Below, piece by piece: positions 21,991 through 31,303 of a stretch of DNA of 64,000 bases. This stretch comes from Bacilli bacterium. Lineage in GTDB: Bacteria > Bacillota_I > Bacilli_A > RF39 > UBA660. Made by a program: the position numbers and the translations under genes. The stretch lies in assembly GCA_017542065.1 (NCBI GenBank), contig JAFXXX010000008.1, positions 14,444-78,443 on the forward strand, read 5' to 3'. The notes under the pieces are model-generated. The model searched no databases. It had not been told where the DNA came from and saw only the letters and a list, made by a program, of their open reading frames with translations. Position 1 is the stretch's first letter. Every line of letters begins with the position of its first letter.

Positions 21991-23358
21991 TTATAGCATA
22001 GTTTTATTCTTTTTTTCATCTTCTTTTCTAAATAGTCTTAAAACATTTGAACCATTTTGTTTTGGTGGCTCTACTTGATTGTTTTCTTTAATAACTGAAC
22101 CAAATGTTTTCTTAACAGGAGGTTTTAATCCCATTAAATTTTTAACATTAGATACATATTTTCTTGATGCTTCTAGTTGAAGTAAATATTCATCTAAGAA
22201 TAAACATTCTTTTCCACCTTCTAGAGGTTCTGCTGTTTCATTCTTTTTAATAGTTTCAGGATGATATAACTTTTGAAGATTAGAACCTTCTGGTTCCCAT
22301 ACTTCTTGTTTTTTCTTTTGTGATCTATATTGATAAATAGCTCTTTCAAATGGATAAACTATTAGTTCTTCAATTGAATCACATAATTTATTCTTATAGA
22401 AGTTAACTAAATAATCATAATTACGTTCTAAATGAGCAAAATTGATTGCTTCTTGATATTTAGCTCTCTCAGTTGTTTTTATATATACTGGAGGTAAACC
22501 TGCTCTCATTAATAAATAATTAACAAGTCCTCTAATAGCTCTACCATTTCCATCTGGGAATGGATGTATTCTAACAAGCTCTGTACTATATTTCATTAAT
22601 TTTTCTAAAAATTCATTAATAGCTGTAGTTCTTTTTTCTTTTCCAGTAGCATCTGGAATAGTTAATATAAGAGTTTTATCCTCAACTGGAAGATTACGAA
22701 TAGTATCTGCATTTATACATAATTCATCGAATACTCTGTCTGATTGTCTCATCATTCTTGAAATATACATTGGGTCTTCTAATTCAACACCTATATCATT
22801 TAAATATGCTGTTTCTCTTCTATAAGTTCTTGCATACTCTCCACCTGCAAAACTAGAAAATAATTTTTCATGTAAATCTGTTAATAAAATACTACCAGTA
22901 GAAGACTTCTCTTCATCAGAAATAATATATAGATACATTGCTTCAAGACCTAGCATTTCATTCTTACCATGAATTGTTAAATCATTAATACCTTCTAATC
23001 GGCTTTCATTTCTAACATAACTATCTAAAAAGTTTTCTTCTAGGAAGATAAACATATTATCAAAATAATCTAATACAAAGAATTTTTTTAATAAGTTTAT
23101 TGTATAGTCATTAATTACATCTGGAACATTTACTGTTTCATATATTTTAGTACCAGGTGTATGCAATTCCTTTAATAACCATTTTTTTAAATCTAAATAT
23201 GGATGACAATCTTTTAATAAACCATTAACATCTATACCCTTTTTATATTCTTCTATATAAAAAGTAATATATTTTTTTAATTCTGCTAATCTATATTTAC
23301 GATATATTTTAACGTCATCATCAAAAACATATTTTTTTTCATCTTCAAAATATTCCAT
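21991..23358 (-). CDS. Fic-family protein (AMPylase-type), 455 aa
   Basis: Canonical Fic motif HPFPDGNGRAIR at 22531-22566. An upstream ESRLEG (22990-23007) resembles the class II inhibitory-helix motif (S/T)xxxE(G/N), with the Glu conserved. Confidence 0.9.
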   Translation of the reverse strand: MEYFEDEKKYVFDDDVKIYRKYRLAELKKYITFYIEEYKKGIDVNGLLKDCHPYLDLKKWLLKELHTPGTKIYETVNVPDVINDYTINLLKKFFVLDYFDNMFIFLEENFLDSYVRNESRLEGINDLTIHGKNEMLGLEAMYLYIISDEEKSSTGSILLTDLHEKLFSSFAGGEYARTYRRETAYLNDIGVELEDPMYISRMMRQSDRVFDELCINADTIRNLPVEDKTLILTIPDATGKEKRTTAINEFLEKLMKYSTELVRIHPFPDGNGRAIRGLVNYLLMRAGLPPVYIKTTERAKYQEAINFAHLERNYDYLVNFYKNKLCDSIEELIVYPFERAIYQYRSQKKKQEVWEPEGSNLQKLYHPETIKKNETAEPLEGGKECLFLDEYLLQLEASRKYVSNVKNLMGLKPPVKKTFGSVIKENNQVEPPKQNGSNVLRLFRKEDEKKNKTML

Positions 23359-23387
23359 ATATATCCCCTCTTTTTAAATGTTTTTAT

Positions 23388-23416
23388 ATTATAGTAAATA
23401 AGATAATATATGTCAA
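23388..23416 (-). promoter_or_regulatory. Perfect consensus sigma-A promoter of the Fic gene
   Basis: Minus strand TTGACA (23416-23411), 17 nt, TATAAT (23393-23388). Confidence 0.7.
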
Positions 23417-23418
23417 AT

Positions 23419-23448
23419 AAAAAGGCTATACTTTAAAGTATAGCTTTT
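23419..23448 (-). terminator. Rho-independent terminator after the 777-aa gene
   Basis: Minus strand GCTATACT-TTAA-AGTATAGC flanked by A/T runs. Confidence 0.7.
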
Positions 23449-25781
23449 TATTGAAATTCGCAAATAAACCCTTCTTTTTGAATTGCATTAAATATATCTT
23501 CTCTAGAAGTTGACTCTGTATTAAAACTATTTTTAATAGCAGTATAATAATCATCCTTTACTCTACCTAAAATAATATATTTATTACCCTCATCATAAGT
23601 TCTTAAAGTAATCTTACCAAACTCTTCTTTATATTTTTGTTTAAGTAAGAATACTGCTCCTGTTGTAACACCCTTAGCTATCTTAAATATAGCATTATCT
23701 TCCATTTCAACAGTACCTTTAACATAAAAATCATTTACTTCTTCCTTATTATCAAAAGATACTAATACTTGATATGTAGATTTTATATATTCTTCACTTT
23801 CTACTTTAGAACATACTATCTTAGATGTTACTATTGCTTTTTTATTTGGTTTAGGTTCTTTTAGACCTAATGATTTAGCTGTTACTGTTGGAGTTTTTTC
23901 ACCATTTTCTTTTATTTCAAAAGTATATAAAATTGATTTTGAAATACCTCCATTAACAACTGAGAAAGCAACATCATTATAATATCTAAAGTCATCTATA
24001 TTTAATACAAATTCTTTATCTAAATTATGTGTATACACTAATTCATAATCATCTTTTGAATCTTTTCTTACAAATAATAATAGATATAAATCTTTATCTG
24101 TATCTAAAGACTTATTAAAGCTTAATTGAGCTTTTTCAGGATAATTATAAGTTTTTATCATATAATAATCAAATCCTGAAGTAGATACATATTTACTTTG
24201 TATTCCAAAACTACCAGGAAGATTATATTGATTCTTAGGATTTATTTTTTCGTGGGTATCATAATCTTTTGGAATTAACGCTTTATTTGAATAATCCTCT
24301 GTTAAAATTTTTTCTGCTGTTTTCATAACAGCCTTTGAATATTTTCCTCCAGAATTATTATAAATATACCCTAGTGCATCTTCATGCTTCATAGAATCAA
24401 ACATAACTTTTGATCCATTAGGAACAACTTCTTCATATGAATTGGCAAATACATATGCAATATATCCACCTGTACCACCAGCATTTTTTGCCATAAATGA
24501 AACTCCTCTATCACTATTCATATAATCTAAAAATACTCCGGAATGTCCATTAAGTGCAGTAAAATCACTTGGTTTATAAGCATGAAGTGCTGCCTCAGAA
24601 GCTGTTGTTTCAGTAGTAAATGCTCCTGATATGCATTCTTTATATTCACCATTTCCACATATATATCTTTGATAATGATGGAATAATTCATGAGCTCCAA
24701 CCATATATTGATCATCTGTTCCAATTAAAGAACTTGATAATACAAAATATGGAAATGCATATGTTGTATAACTAATGTTTTCTTCTGGAGAAGCAAATAA
24801 AGATGATCCTGAACCATAGAAAAATCTTATAAGAATATTTTCTATACTTCCAACATAAAATCCTGAATGATTTGTTTTTTCTGCTTCAGTATCTATTAAA
24901 TATACTGGCATAGCAGTATCTATATATTTCTTATCTATGTTATTTTCTTCTAATAGTTTTACTACACTATTATATGAATATGGTTTTGTTAAAGCACCGT
25001 TAGGTACATTATATTGAATATCATAATCAAAGTTTAAATTAAAATCTTTTTTATAAGTATCAACAACACCTTCTAAATAGTTAGCAACTTTTTTAGCTTG
25101 AGATTTTTTAGTAGGATATCTACCTTCTGTTGAATAATATACAAGGAAATGTTTATCTTTAGATAAAATTACTCCATCTAATTTTTTAACATTACCATCA
25201 GGTTTCTTAGACATATAAGATAGACCTACTTTAGATATATTTGCTTCATTATCTCTTTCATATGTTGTTTCATCACTAGTAGACCATGTATAATCACTTA
25301 AATTTATCTTTTTATAAATATATAGCATAGTATCATATGATAATTCATTACCATATTTTTCTAATACTCTAGATAAAGTTTCAAAATCTACTGACTCTAT
25401 ATCATTTGAATTATATAAAACTCTGTCTGGTTCATATAATGCATATGCAATTTGTAATACATATTGATCTTTTGAAATTTTACCATTATTAAAATCTTCA
25501 TTTAATAATTCTTCAAAAGATTTACTATCAACACTAGTTTTTATAGTAGTTTCATCTTCAAATGGATCTTCAAAATAAACTAATTTCTTATATAAGAAGA
25601 TACCTCCTACTACTAAACCTGCTATTAATAAAGCAACTATTAAAGCAATTAGGCAACCTTTTCCCTTTTTCTTTTTTTGAACTGGTTCAGTTTTTTCTTC
25701 TAAACTATTTCCACATGAAATACAATAAGCTGAACTAGTTTTATTTTCTGCACCACAATTACTGCAATATTTTTTATCCAT
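23448..25781 (-). CDS. Membrane-anchored protein: N-terminal zinc ribbon, one TM, and a large extracytoplasmic region with an HExxH motif (putative metallopeptidase)
   Basis: CSNCGAENKTSSAYCISCG zinc ribbon, CLIALIVALLIAGLVVGGIFLY TM segment, and MVGAHELFHHYQRY (HExxH). Confidence 0.6.
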   Translation of the reverse strand: MDKKYCSNCGAENKTSSAYCISCGNSLEEKTEPVQKKKKGKGCLIALIVALLIAGLVVGGIFLYKKLVYFEDPFEDETTIKTSVDSKSFEELLNEDFNNGKISKDQYVLQIAYALYEPDRVLYNSNDIESVDFETLSRVLEKYGNELSYDTMLYIYKKINLSDYTWSTSDETTYERDNEANISKVGLSYMSKKPDGNVKKLDGVILSKDKHFLVYYSTEGRYPTKKSQAKKVANYLEGVVDTYKKDFNLNFDYDIQYNVPNGALTKPYSYNSVVKLLEENNIDKKYIDTAMPVYLIDTEAEKTNHSGFYVGSIENILIRFFYGSGSSLFASPEENISYTTYAFPYFVLSSSLIGTDDQYMVGAHELFHHYQRYICGNGEYKECISGAFTTETTASEAALHAYKPSDFTALNGHSGVFLDYMNSDRGVSFMAKNAGGTGGYIAYVFANSYEEVVPNGSKVMFDSMKHEDALGYIYNNSGGKYSKAVMKTAEKILTEDYSNKALIPKDYDTHEKINPKNQYNLPGSFGIQSKYVSTSGFDYYMIKTYNYPEKAQLSFNKSLDTDKDLYLLLFVRKDSKDDYELVYTHNLDKEFVLNIDDFRYYNDVAFSVVNGGISKSILYTFEIKENGEKTPTVTAKSLGLKEPKPNKKAIVTSKIVCSKVESEEYIKSTYQVLVSFDNKEEVNDFYVKGTVEMEDNAIFKIAKGVTTGAVFLLKQKYKEEFGKITLRTYDEGNKYIILGRVKDDYYTAIKNSFNTESTSREDIFNAIQKEGFICEFQ

Positions 25782-25789
25782 AAAGACTC

Positions 25790-26494
25790 CTACAACTTTA
25801 TAATACTGTATACTACTATACCTACTAGTACTAGTAATAAGACAGCTATTACATAATCTATTATTCTTAAACTACTATCTAATTCTATACCTTCTTTAAC
25901 ATTATCATCTTTGTTAATTTCATCCATAGATTTAGTTAGTTTATTTTCATCTACATTTCTTTTAATAATATCTCTATCATCCATTTTAAGTGTAGTTATA
26001 AAATAATTTAATAAGAATTCAAAATATCCATTCTCTTTTGGAGTAAATTCATCAGTATAAATAATATTCTTAAATTCATATAAACTTACATATTTTACTT
26101 CTTCTACTTCTTCTTTTTGAAGAGTAAATTCAGTAGTATTTTTTATTCTTGCTATATATGTATAAGTTAAAGCATTTCTATTAATAGATGTATGAATTAA
26201 TTTCATATTATTAGCATCTAAAGAAACACCTATTTCTTCCTTTGTCTCTCTAATAGCAGCATCTAATTCATTTTCTCCTCTATCTACATGACCAGATGCA
26301 GATAATTCCCATTTTAATGGGCAATAATTAACATTACTGGATCTTCTTTGAATTAGTATTTCATTATTCTCATTTAAAAGAATAATTCTAACTACTTTAT
26401 AATAGAAACCAGGATCATCACCCTTACATACTGAAGCAGGTCTTGTTCCTAAGAATTCTCCATCTTTTGTAAATACATCATACATTTCTTCCAT
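25790..26494 (-). CDS. NUDIX hydrolase with a C-terminal transmembrane tail
   Basis: Nudix box GHVDRGENELDAAIRETKEEIGV and C-terminal IIDYVIAVLLLVLVGIVVYSII. The start was moved from GTG 26503 to ATG 26494 (AGGTGA, 5 nt, ATG). The deoD stop lies between the SD and the ATG. Confidence 0.8.
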   Translation of the reverse strand: MEEMYDVFTKDGEFLGTRPASVCKGDDPGFYYKVVRIILLNENNEILIQRRSSNVNYCPLKWELSASGHVDRGENELDAAIRETKEEIGVSLDANNMKLIHTSINRNALTYTYIARIKNTTEFTLQKEEVEEVKYVSLYEFKNIIYTDEFTPKENGYFEFLLNYFITTLKMDDRDIIKRNVDENKLTKSMDEINKDDNVKEGIELDSSLRIIDYVIAVLLLVLVGIVVYSIIKL

Positions 26495-26495
26495 G

Positions 26496-27212
26496 TTATT
26501 CACCTACTTTTATAATAGTATTTAAAGCAAGTATAGTCATCTTATCTAAACCAGTTTCTCTTTCTTCTGGAGAATAGAATACATCTTCTTTTATTAAACT
26601 ATCTACTACTGTTAATAAACATGATGCTTTAGCATTAAATTTACTAGCATTATAAAAGATAACATATGATTCCATTTCTGCTACACCACAGTCAAACTTT
26701 TCTCTAGCAAATGCTGCATTTAAAGATTCACCATAAAAGTTATCAGATGTAAGTATTCTAGTCTTTTTTAAATTCATACCTTCTTCTTTAGCTTCTTCTT
26801 CTATTAAGTTATTTAATTCATCACTTGATTTTCTAATCTTAGTAGCATCTTTATTCTCTTCATAAGCATAATTAGATATAGAAAAACTATCAGTTCCAAG
26901 AACAACATCTCCAACTTCTATATCTTCTTTCATTGTTCCACAAGAACCAATTCTAATCATATATTTAACTTTATATTCATTAAATAATTCATAAGTATAA
27001 ATACCAGCAGAAGGAATACCCATACCATGTGATAAAACAGATATTCTTTCACCTTTATAGTAACCAGTAAAGCCTAGCATATTTCTTGTGTTACAAACTT
27101 CTTTATAATCATCCAAGAAAGTTTCTGCTATATGTTTTGCTCTTAATGGATCACCACATATTAATACTCTACTAGCAATATCTTCTTTATTAGCATTTAT
27201 ATGTAAAGACAT
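26496..27212 (-). CDS. deoD: Purine nucleoside phosphorylase, DeoD type
   Basis: MSLHINANKEDIASRVLICGDPLRAKHIAETFL, GMGIPSAGIYTYEL and VAEMES motifs. Size is 238 aa. Confidence 0.9.
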   Translation of the reverse strand: MSLHINANKEDIASRVLICGDPLRAKHIAETFLDDYKEVCNTRNMLGFTGYYKGERISVLSHGMGIPSAGIYTYELFNEYKVKYMIRIGSCGTMKEDIEVGDVVLGTDSFSISNYAYEENKDATKIRKSSDELNNLIEEEAKEEGMNLKKTRILTSDNFYGESLNAAFAREKFDCGVAEMESYVIFYNASKFNAKASCLLTVVDSLIKEDVFYSPEERETGLDKMTILALNTIIKVGE

Positions 27213-27223
27213 AATTACCTCCT

Positions 27224-27250
27224 AAAAAAAGCTAGTTAACTCTAGCTTTT
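27224..27250 (-). terminator. Terminator-like hairpin overlapping the sortase stop, just before the deoD SD
   Basis: Minus strand AAAGCTAG-AGTTAA-CTAGCTTT followed by TTTTT, then AGGAGG. Confidence 0.5.
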
Positions 27251-27828
27251 ACTACTATTCTTGCCTTTCCCCCGTCTTCACAAGTAACTAAAGTTACATG
27301 ATAACTATCAAATGTATTTAAATAACTAGTATCCTCTGGATTAACATTTCTAAGTACTTCATATACAGTATAATCTAATTGAACTCCAGAAGTATCAGTT
27401 ATTTTAATAATATCCCCTGATCTTAAATTTCTTATATTATAGAAAAATATTGTACTTCCTCTAAAGTTATGACCTGATAAAACAAATCCACCTTCATTAT
27501 TTATTTCAGTACCATATGTTTTAACTATACCTACATTCATTGCTTTAGAAGTTTGTTCTTTAATAATAACAGAACTAAAATGTATTTTAGGTATTTCTAT
27601 TTTACCTACTATAGTTAAACCTGAATAACTAATACTAGAAGAAGTTTGAGTTTTTTCTTCAGGTTTCTTTTGTTCTATTTTTACTTCATCTTCAAAAACA
27701 TCTAAAGCATTCTTTTCTACAGAAGCTAGTTTTCTTTCTTTAAAAGAATCAAATATCATAAGAAAAGAAACAAAATATAGAGCAAATATTAAAGCAAATA
27801 TTACTATATTCATTACTTTCTTAAACAT
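27232..27828 (-). CDS. Sortase (transpeptidase), N-terminal TM anchor
   Basis: VLSGHN (catalytic His), TLVTCE (TLxTC Cys) and a downstream Arg (ARIVVKA). Confidence 0.8.
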   Translation of the reverse strand: MFKKVMNIVIFALIFALYFVSFLMIFDSFKERKLASVEKNALDVFEDEVKIEQKKPEEKTQTSSSISYSGLTIVGKIEIPKIHFSSVIIKEQTSKAMNVGIVKTYGTEINNEGGFVLSGHNFRGSTIFFYNIRNLRSGDIIKITDTSGVQLDYTVYEVLRNVNPEDTSYLNTFDSYHVTLVTCEDGGKARIVVKARVN

Positions 27829-27839
27829 AATAATACCTC

Positions 27840-28283
27840 TTAATAACCTAGTTCTTTAAATGCTTTCTTAACATCACTCTTATATGTTGATTGTTCAGTA
27901 GATCCTGATATTATTACATTATCTATTTGAACAATTTTTACATAACCGTTTTTAGAATTAGTTACAACTATATAATCTTTTTCTTTTTTATAACTATATC
28001 CTTTTTCATCTTTATAATTATTTTCCATATATTTTTCTGCAGCAGCTTTATCTTCAAATTCGATAAATAAGAATAAAGATCCTTCTTTAGAAGCAGATAT
28101 ATATCTTTCATATATACCTTCATAAGATAAAGATTTATCAGTTACTGAATAACTTAAATCATCACTCATTTTAGCTGAGAATCTCTTATAAGTTATAGCA
28201 CTATAATCTTTCTTACATGCGCATAATAATAAAATAGATAAAACAATTAAAAATGTACATAAAATTCTTTTCATTCTTTTCAT
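27840..28283 (-). CDS. Putative lipoprotein (147 aa)
   Basis: MKRMKRILCTFLIVLSILLLCAC carries a lipobox-like L-C-A-C. The start is set at ATG 28283 (AGGAG, 8 nt, ATG) rather than the track start 28319. Confidence 0.6.
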   Translation of the reverse strand: MKRMKRILCTFLIVLSILLLCACKKDYSAITYKRFSAKMSDDLSYSVTDKSLSYEGIYERYISASKEGSLFLFIEFEDKAAAEKYMENNYKDEKGYSYKKEKDYIVVTNSKNGYVKIVQIDNVIISGSTEQSTYKSDVKKAFKELGY

Positions 28284-28335
28284 AATACATACTCCTCTAT
28301 TATATTTATATAATAACATATTTTTTAAATAATAT

Positions 28336-29469
28336 CTACTTAATTATACCAATTAATGTACCTGATGAAAGGAATGTTAATGTAGCTCCTCCACCAGTAG
28401 ATTTAAATGCATTATCAACACCATATTTATTAAACATATATGTAGTTTCACCGCCACCTGCATATATCTTACTATCTAAGTTCTTAAGTATTTCACATAG
28501 TGATTTAGAACCATATTCATATTCAGGATCTTCGAATAAACCAACAGGTCCATTTATAAATATAGTTTTAGATTTTTCTAAATAAGATTTAAATGTTTCA
28601 ATTGTTTCAGGTCCAATATCTAAGCATTCATCATTATCATCTATTTCATTAATTAATCTATATTTTTTACCATCATTTCTAACATATGCATCTTTGATTA
28701 ATACTATTTTTTCAGGATACTTTTCAAGAAGTGATTTACAGTATTCAAAACTATCTTCTTCTACAAAAGCTTTACCTGTTTTATATCCTTTAGATGCTAA
28801 GAATGTATAAACCATTAAGCCAGATATTAACATATAATCACATTTAGTAATTAGACTGTCTATTAGTTCTATTTTATCTGATACTTTTTTACCACCCATA
28901 CAAACAGTATATGGTTTTTCATAACCATCAAGTAAGTTAGATAAATTATCTACTTCATTACATACTAAAAATCCATTACATGAAGGAAGTATTTTAGATA
29001 TACCTGTAAGTGAAGCACACTCTCTATGAGATACTCCAAATCCTTCATTAATAAAGATGTCTCCAAAAGATGCAAAATATTTAGATAACTCTGGATCTTC
29101 ATTACTTTCTTTTTTATTATCTAAATCAAAATATCTAACATTTTCAAATAGTATTAAATCATTATCATTTACTACTTTATTAACATCTTCATCATAAGTA
29201 ACAAATGTTACTTTTTTATTAAGTAACTCTGATAATCTATCACATACTATTTTTAAACTATTATTTTGTTTATCTTCTTCAGTTTTAATTCTACCTAAGT
29301 GAGATAAAATAATTACTTTACTAGCCTTTTCAATAGCATAATTTATAGTCTTTAAAGCATTAACTATTCTTGTATCATCTTTAATAATTCCATTCTCTAT
29401 AGGAACATTAAAATCACATCTAATGATTACTCTTTTACCCTCAATATTCATGTCTTCTAATCTTTTCAT
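28336..29469 (-). CDS. pgk: Phosphoglycerate kinase
   Basis: GKRVIIRCDFNVP, ILSHLGR, and C-terminal GGGETT and STGGGA motifs. Confidence 0.9.
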   Translation of the reverse strand: MKRLEDMNIEGKRVIIRCDFNVPIENGIIKDDTRIVNALKTINYAIEKASKVIILSHLGRIKTEEDKQNNSLKIVCDRLSELLNKKVTFVTYDEDVNKVVNDNDLILFENVRYFDLDNKKESNEDPELSKYFASFGDIFINEGFGVSHRECASLTGISKILPSCNGFLVCNEVDNLSNLLDGYEKPYTVCMGGKKVSDKIELIDSLITKCDYMLISGLMVYTFLASKGYKTGKAFVEEDSFEYCKSLLEKYPEKIVLIKDAYVRNDGKKYRLINEIDDNDECLDIGPETIETFKSYLEKSKTIFINGPVGLFEDPEYEYGSKSLCEILKNLDSKIYAGGGETTYMFNKYGVDNAFKSTGGGATLTFLSSGTLIGIIK

Positions 29470-29487
29470 TTATTATCACCTATATTA

Positions 29488-29496
29488 ATTATAACA
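29488..29496 (-). promoter_or_regulatory. Extended -10 promoter (TGTTATAAT) for pgk
   Basis: Minus strand CCTTTTTTTATGTTATAAT, directly after the terminator. Confidence 0.5.
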
Positions 29497-29497
29497 T

Positions 29498-29521
29498 AAA
29501 AAAAGGAAGCATTTGCTTCCT
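29498..29521 (-). terminator. Rho-independent terminator after the 433-aa gene, separating gap from pgk
   Basis: Minus strand AGGAAGC-AAAT-GCTTCCT followed by TTTTTTT. It overlaps the TAG stop. Confidence 0.75.
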
Positions 29522-30821
29522 ATTTTACAACTATGTAAACAGCTTTTTGAATATTATTACTTGATGTAATAATTATTCTTGTTTCACCTCTTGAAACACC
29601 TCTAACAATACCATTACCATCAACAGTTGCTATACCTGTATTAATAGATTTATAAGTTAATGATTTGTTAGTAGCATTACTTGGTAATACTGATGCATTA
29701 AGTGATCCAGTTCCTCCAACATAAAGTGTTAATGAATCAACAGAACTAATACTTGTTACATTAACAGTTATATTGATTTCTGGTCTAGTTGTTCCACCAC
29801 CAGATGAAGTTCCAGATGAAGGAGTTCCTCCACCTCCATTTCCTCCACCACTAGGATTTGGATTTGGTTGTGGTTGTGGAGTTGGTTGCGGTGTACAATC
29901 AACTATACTATATGTTCTAGATGCTGTAGTTACATTATCAGATGAATCTTTAATAGAATAATTAACTGTATATGTACCAACTTTATTAATATTACCTGTA
30001 TCAGATACAGTAACATTATTAGTTATATTACCATCTTTATCATCGTAAGCTGTAAATCCATATACTCCACTAGAACTTAAATCAGGTTTTTGACCTAAAC
30101 AAAGTTTTTGGAATGAATTTGGTTTAGTAAATGTTATTACTGGAGGATTAACATCTTTGTTTTCAACTACTCCCTCTATAACAACTACTTTTCTTTCTTT
30201 AGTAGCAGTATTACCTGCTTTATCAGCTACTGAATAAACTAATTTATATTCACCAAGTTTAGTAGTATCAACAGTTCCTTCTACTTTAATATTCTTAGTA
30301 ATATTCTTATCAACATTATCTGTAGCAGTAGCTCCAGGATCTACAAATTCAGAATCTTTTGCAACAGTCATTGGATCTGCTCCTAGTAATTTAATTTCAG
30401 GAGCCTTAGTATCATTTTCTGATTGTGCAATAGTTTTATTTTCTATACCTGTTTCAGTAGAACCATAACCTTCAGTTACATATAATTTCTTACATTTAAT
30501 ATATGTTTTATATGACACATTATTATTAATATTCTTAGCAATAACATATCCATCACAGTCATCCATATTAGAATTATATACGTATTTATTCTTTAAGGCA
30601 CTAATTGGAATTTTTCTATATTCATTTTCTTCTTTTAATTCAATATCTTCATTAGAAATATAGTTAGGAGCAGCATTATTAATTTGACTCTCTAATATAG
30701 TATATTTCTTAATCATAGATTTTCTATGAATTATAATACTAGCTACAATTATTAAAATAATCCCTACTACTACGGCTATTGCAATAATTCTAGTTTTCGT
30801 CCAGAATTTCTCTTCTTCCAT
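29520..30821 (-). CDS. N-terminally anchored surface protein: Cys-pair module, 2 x DUF5011-type Ig domains, Pro/Gly linker and a Big_2 domain
   Basis: TM segment IIAIAVVVGIILIIVASIII. CDGYV...YIKC module. PEIKLLGADPMTV...DPGATATDNVDKNIT...GEYKLVYSVADKAGN (DUF5011-like, present twice). TPQPTPQPQPNPNPSGGGNGGGG linker. LTLYVGGTGSLNASVLPSNATNKSLTYKSINTGIATVDGNGIVRGVSRGET (Big_2). Confidence 0.75.
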   Translation of the reverse strand: MEEEKFWTKTRIIAIAVVVGIILIIVASIIIHRKSMIKKYTILESQINNAAPNYISNEDIELKEENEYRKIPISALKNKYVYNSNMDDCDGYVIAKNINNNVSYKTYIKCKKLYVTEGYGSTETGIENKTIAQSENDTKAPEIKLLGADPMTVAKDSEFVDPGATATDNVDKNITKNIKVEGTVDTTKLGEYKLVYSVADKAGNTATKERKVVVIEGVVENKDVNPPVITFTKPNSFQKLCLGQKPDLSSSGVYGFTAYDDKDGNITNNVTVSDTGNINKVGTYTVNYSIKDSSDNVTTASRTYSIVDCTPQPTPQPQPNPNPSGGGNGGGGTPSSGTSSGGGTTRPEINITVNVTSISSVDSLTLYVGGTGSLNASVLPSNATNKSLTYKSINTGIATVDGNGIVRGVSRGETRIIITSSNNIQKAVYIVVK

Positions 30822-30829
30822 ATTACCTC

Positions 30830-31303
30830 CTATTGACTAATATAATTAACTGATTTATATTTATTACCACATTTAATATATGCCTTTCTAGTAATATTAT
30901 ATTCCCCAGTATTATAATCTTTTTGACTAATAGACTCTACATAACCATCACATTTATCTACTAGTTTACTATCTGTATTAACAAAGTTTCCATTTATTAA
31001 TTCTTTAGCAGTTACTACATCAGTAGCACCATCTTTTATTTCTATATCTTTAACGTTATAGTATACTTCGGCAGAATTAACTAATATTTTTTCATATTCT
31101 TTATATGGAACATCCTTTGTTGCTATTTTCACTTTTATAACTACAAATACTACTAGAACAGCTGTTACTACAAGTCCTACTAATATAAGATGTAATCTAG
31201 TTATCTTCTTTTCTCTAAACTTCTTTTGTTTAGGTTCAGAAGAAACAGTTCCTCCATCTTTAGAACCTTTAATTAGTAACATTATTCTATCTTTGTAATT
31301 CAT
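30830..31303 (-). CDS. N-terminally anchored small protein with the same Cys-pair module (157 aa)
   Basis: TM segment LILVGLVVTAVLVVFVVI, then ...DIEIKDG...AKELINGNFV...DKCDGYVESI...RKAYIKCGNKY. The start ATG overlaps the gap stop (ATGA). Confidence 0.6.
   Translation of the reverse strand: MNYKDRIMLLIKGSKDGGTVSSEPKQKKFREKKITRLHLILVGLVVTAVLVVFVVIKVKIATKDVPYKEYEKILVNSAEVYYNVKDIEIKDGATDVVTAKELINGNFVNTDSKLVDKCDGYVESISQKDYNTGEYNITRKAYIKCGNKYKSVNYISQ

Noticed and set aside
21834-25781. Genomic island integrated at tRNA-Arg(CCT), carrying the Fic gene.
   Set aside because: No integrase, recombinase or transposase gene is nearby. I found no direct repeat of the tRNA 3' end, and I could not see any compositional change. 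The adjacency is kept only as a note in the Fic finding.
29780-29900. GC-rich patches (29780-29900 and 2080-2420) as possible foreign inserts or structured RNA.
   Set aside because: They are in frame within long ORFs and encode Pro/Gly-rich linkers (TPQPTPQPQPNPNPSGGGNGGGG) or glycine-rich domain cores. The compositional shift is explained by amino-acid content.
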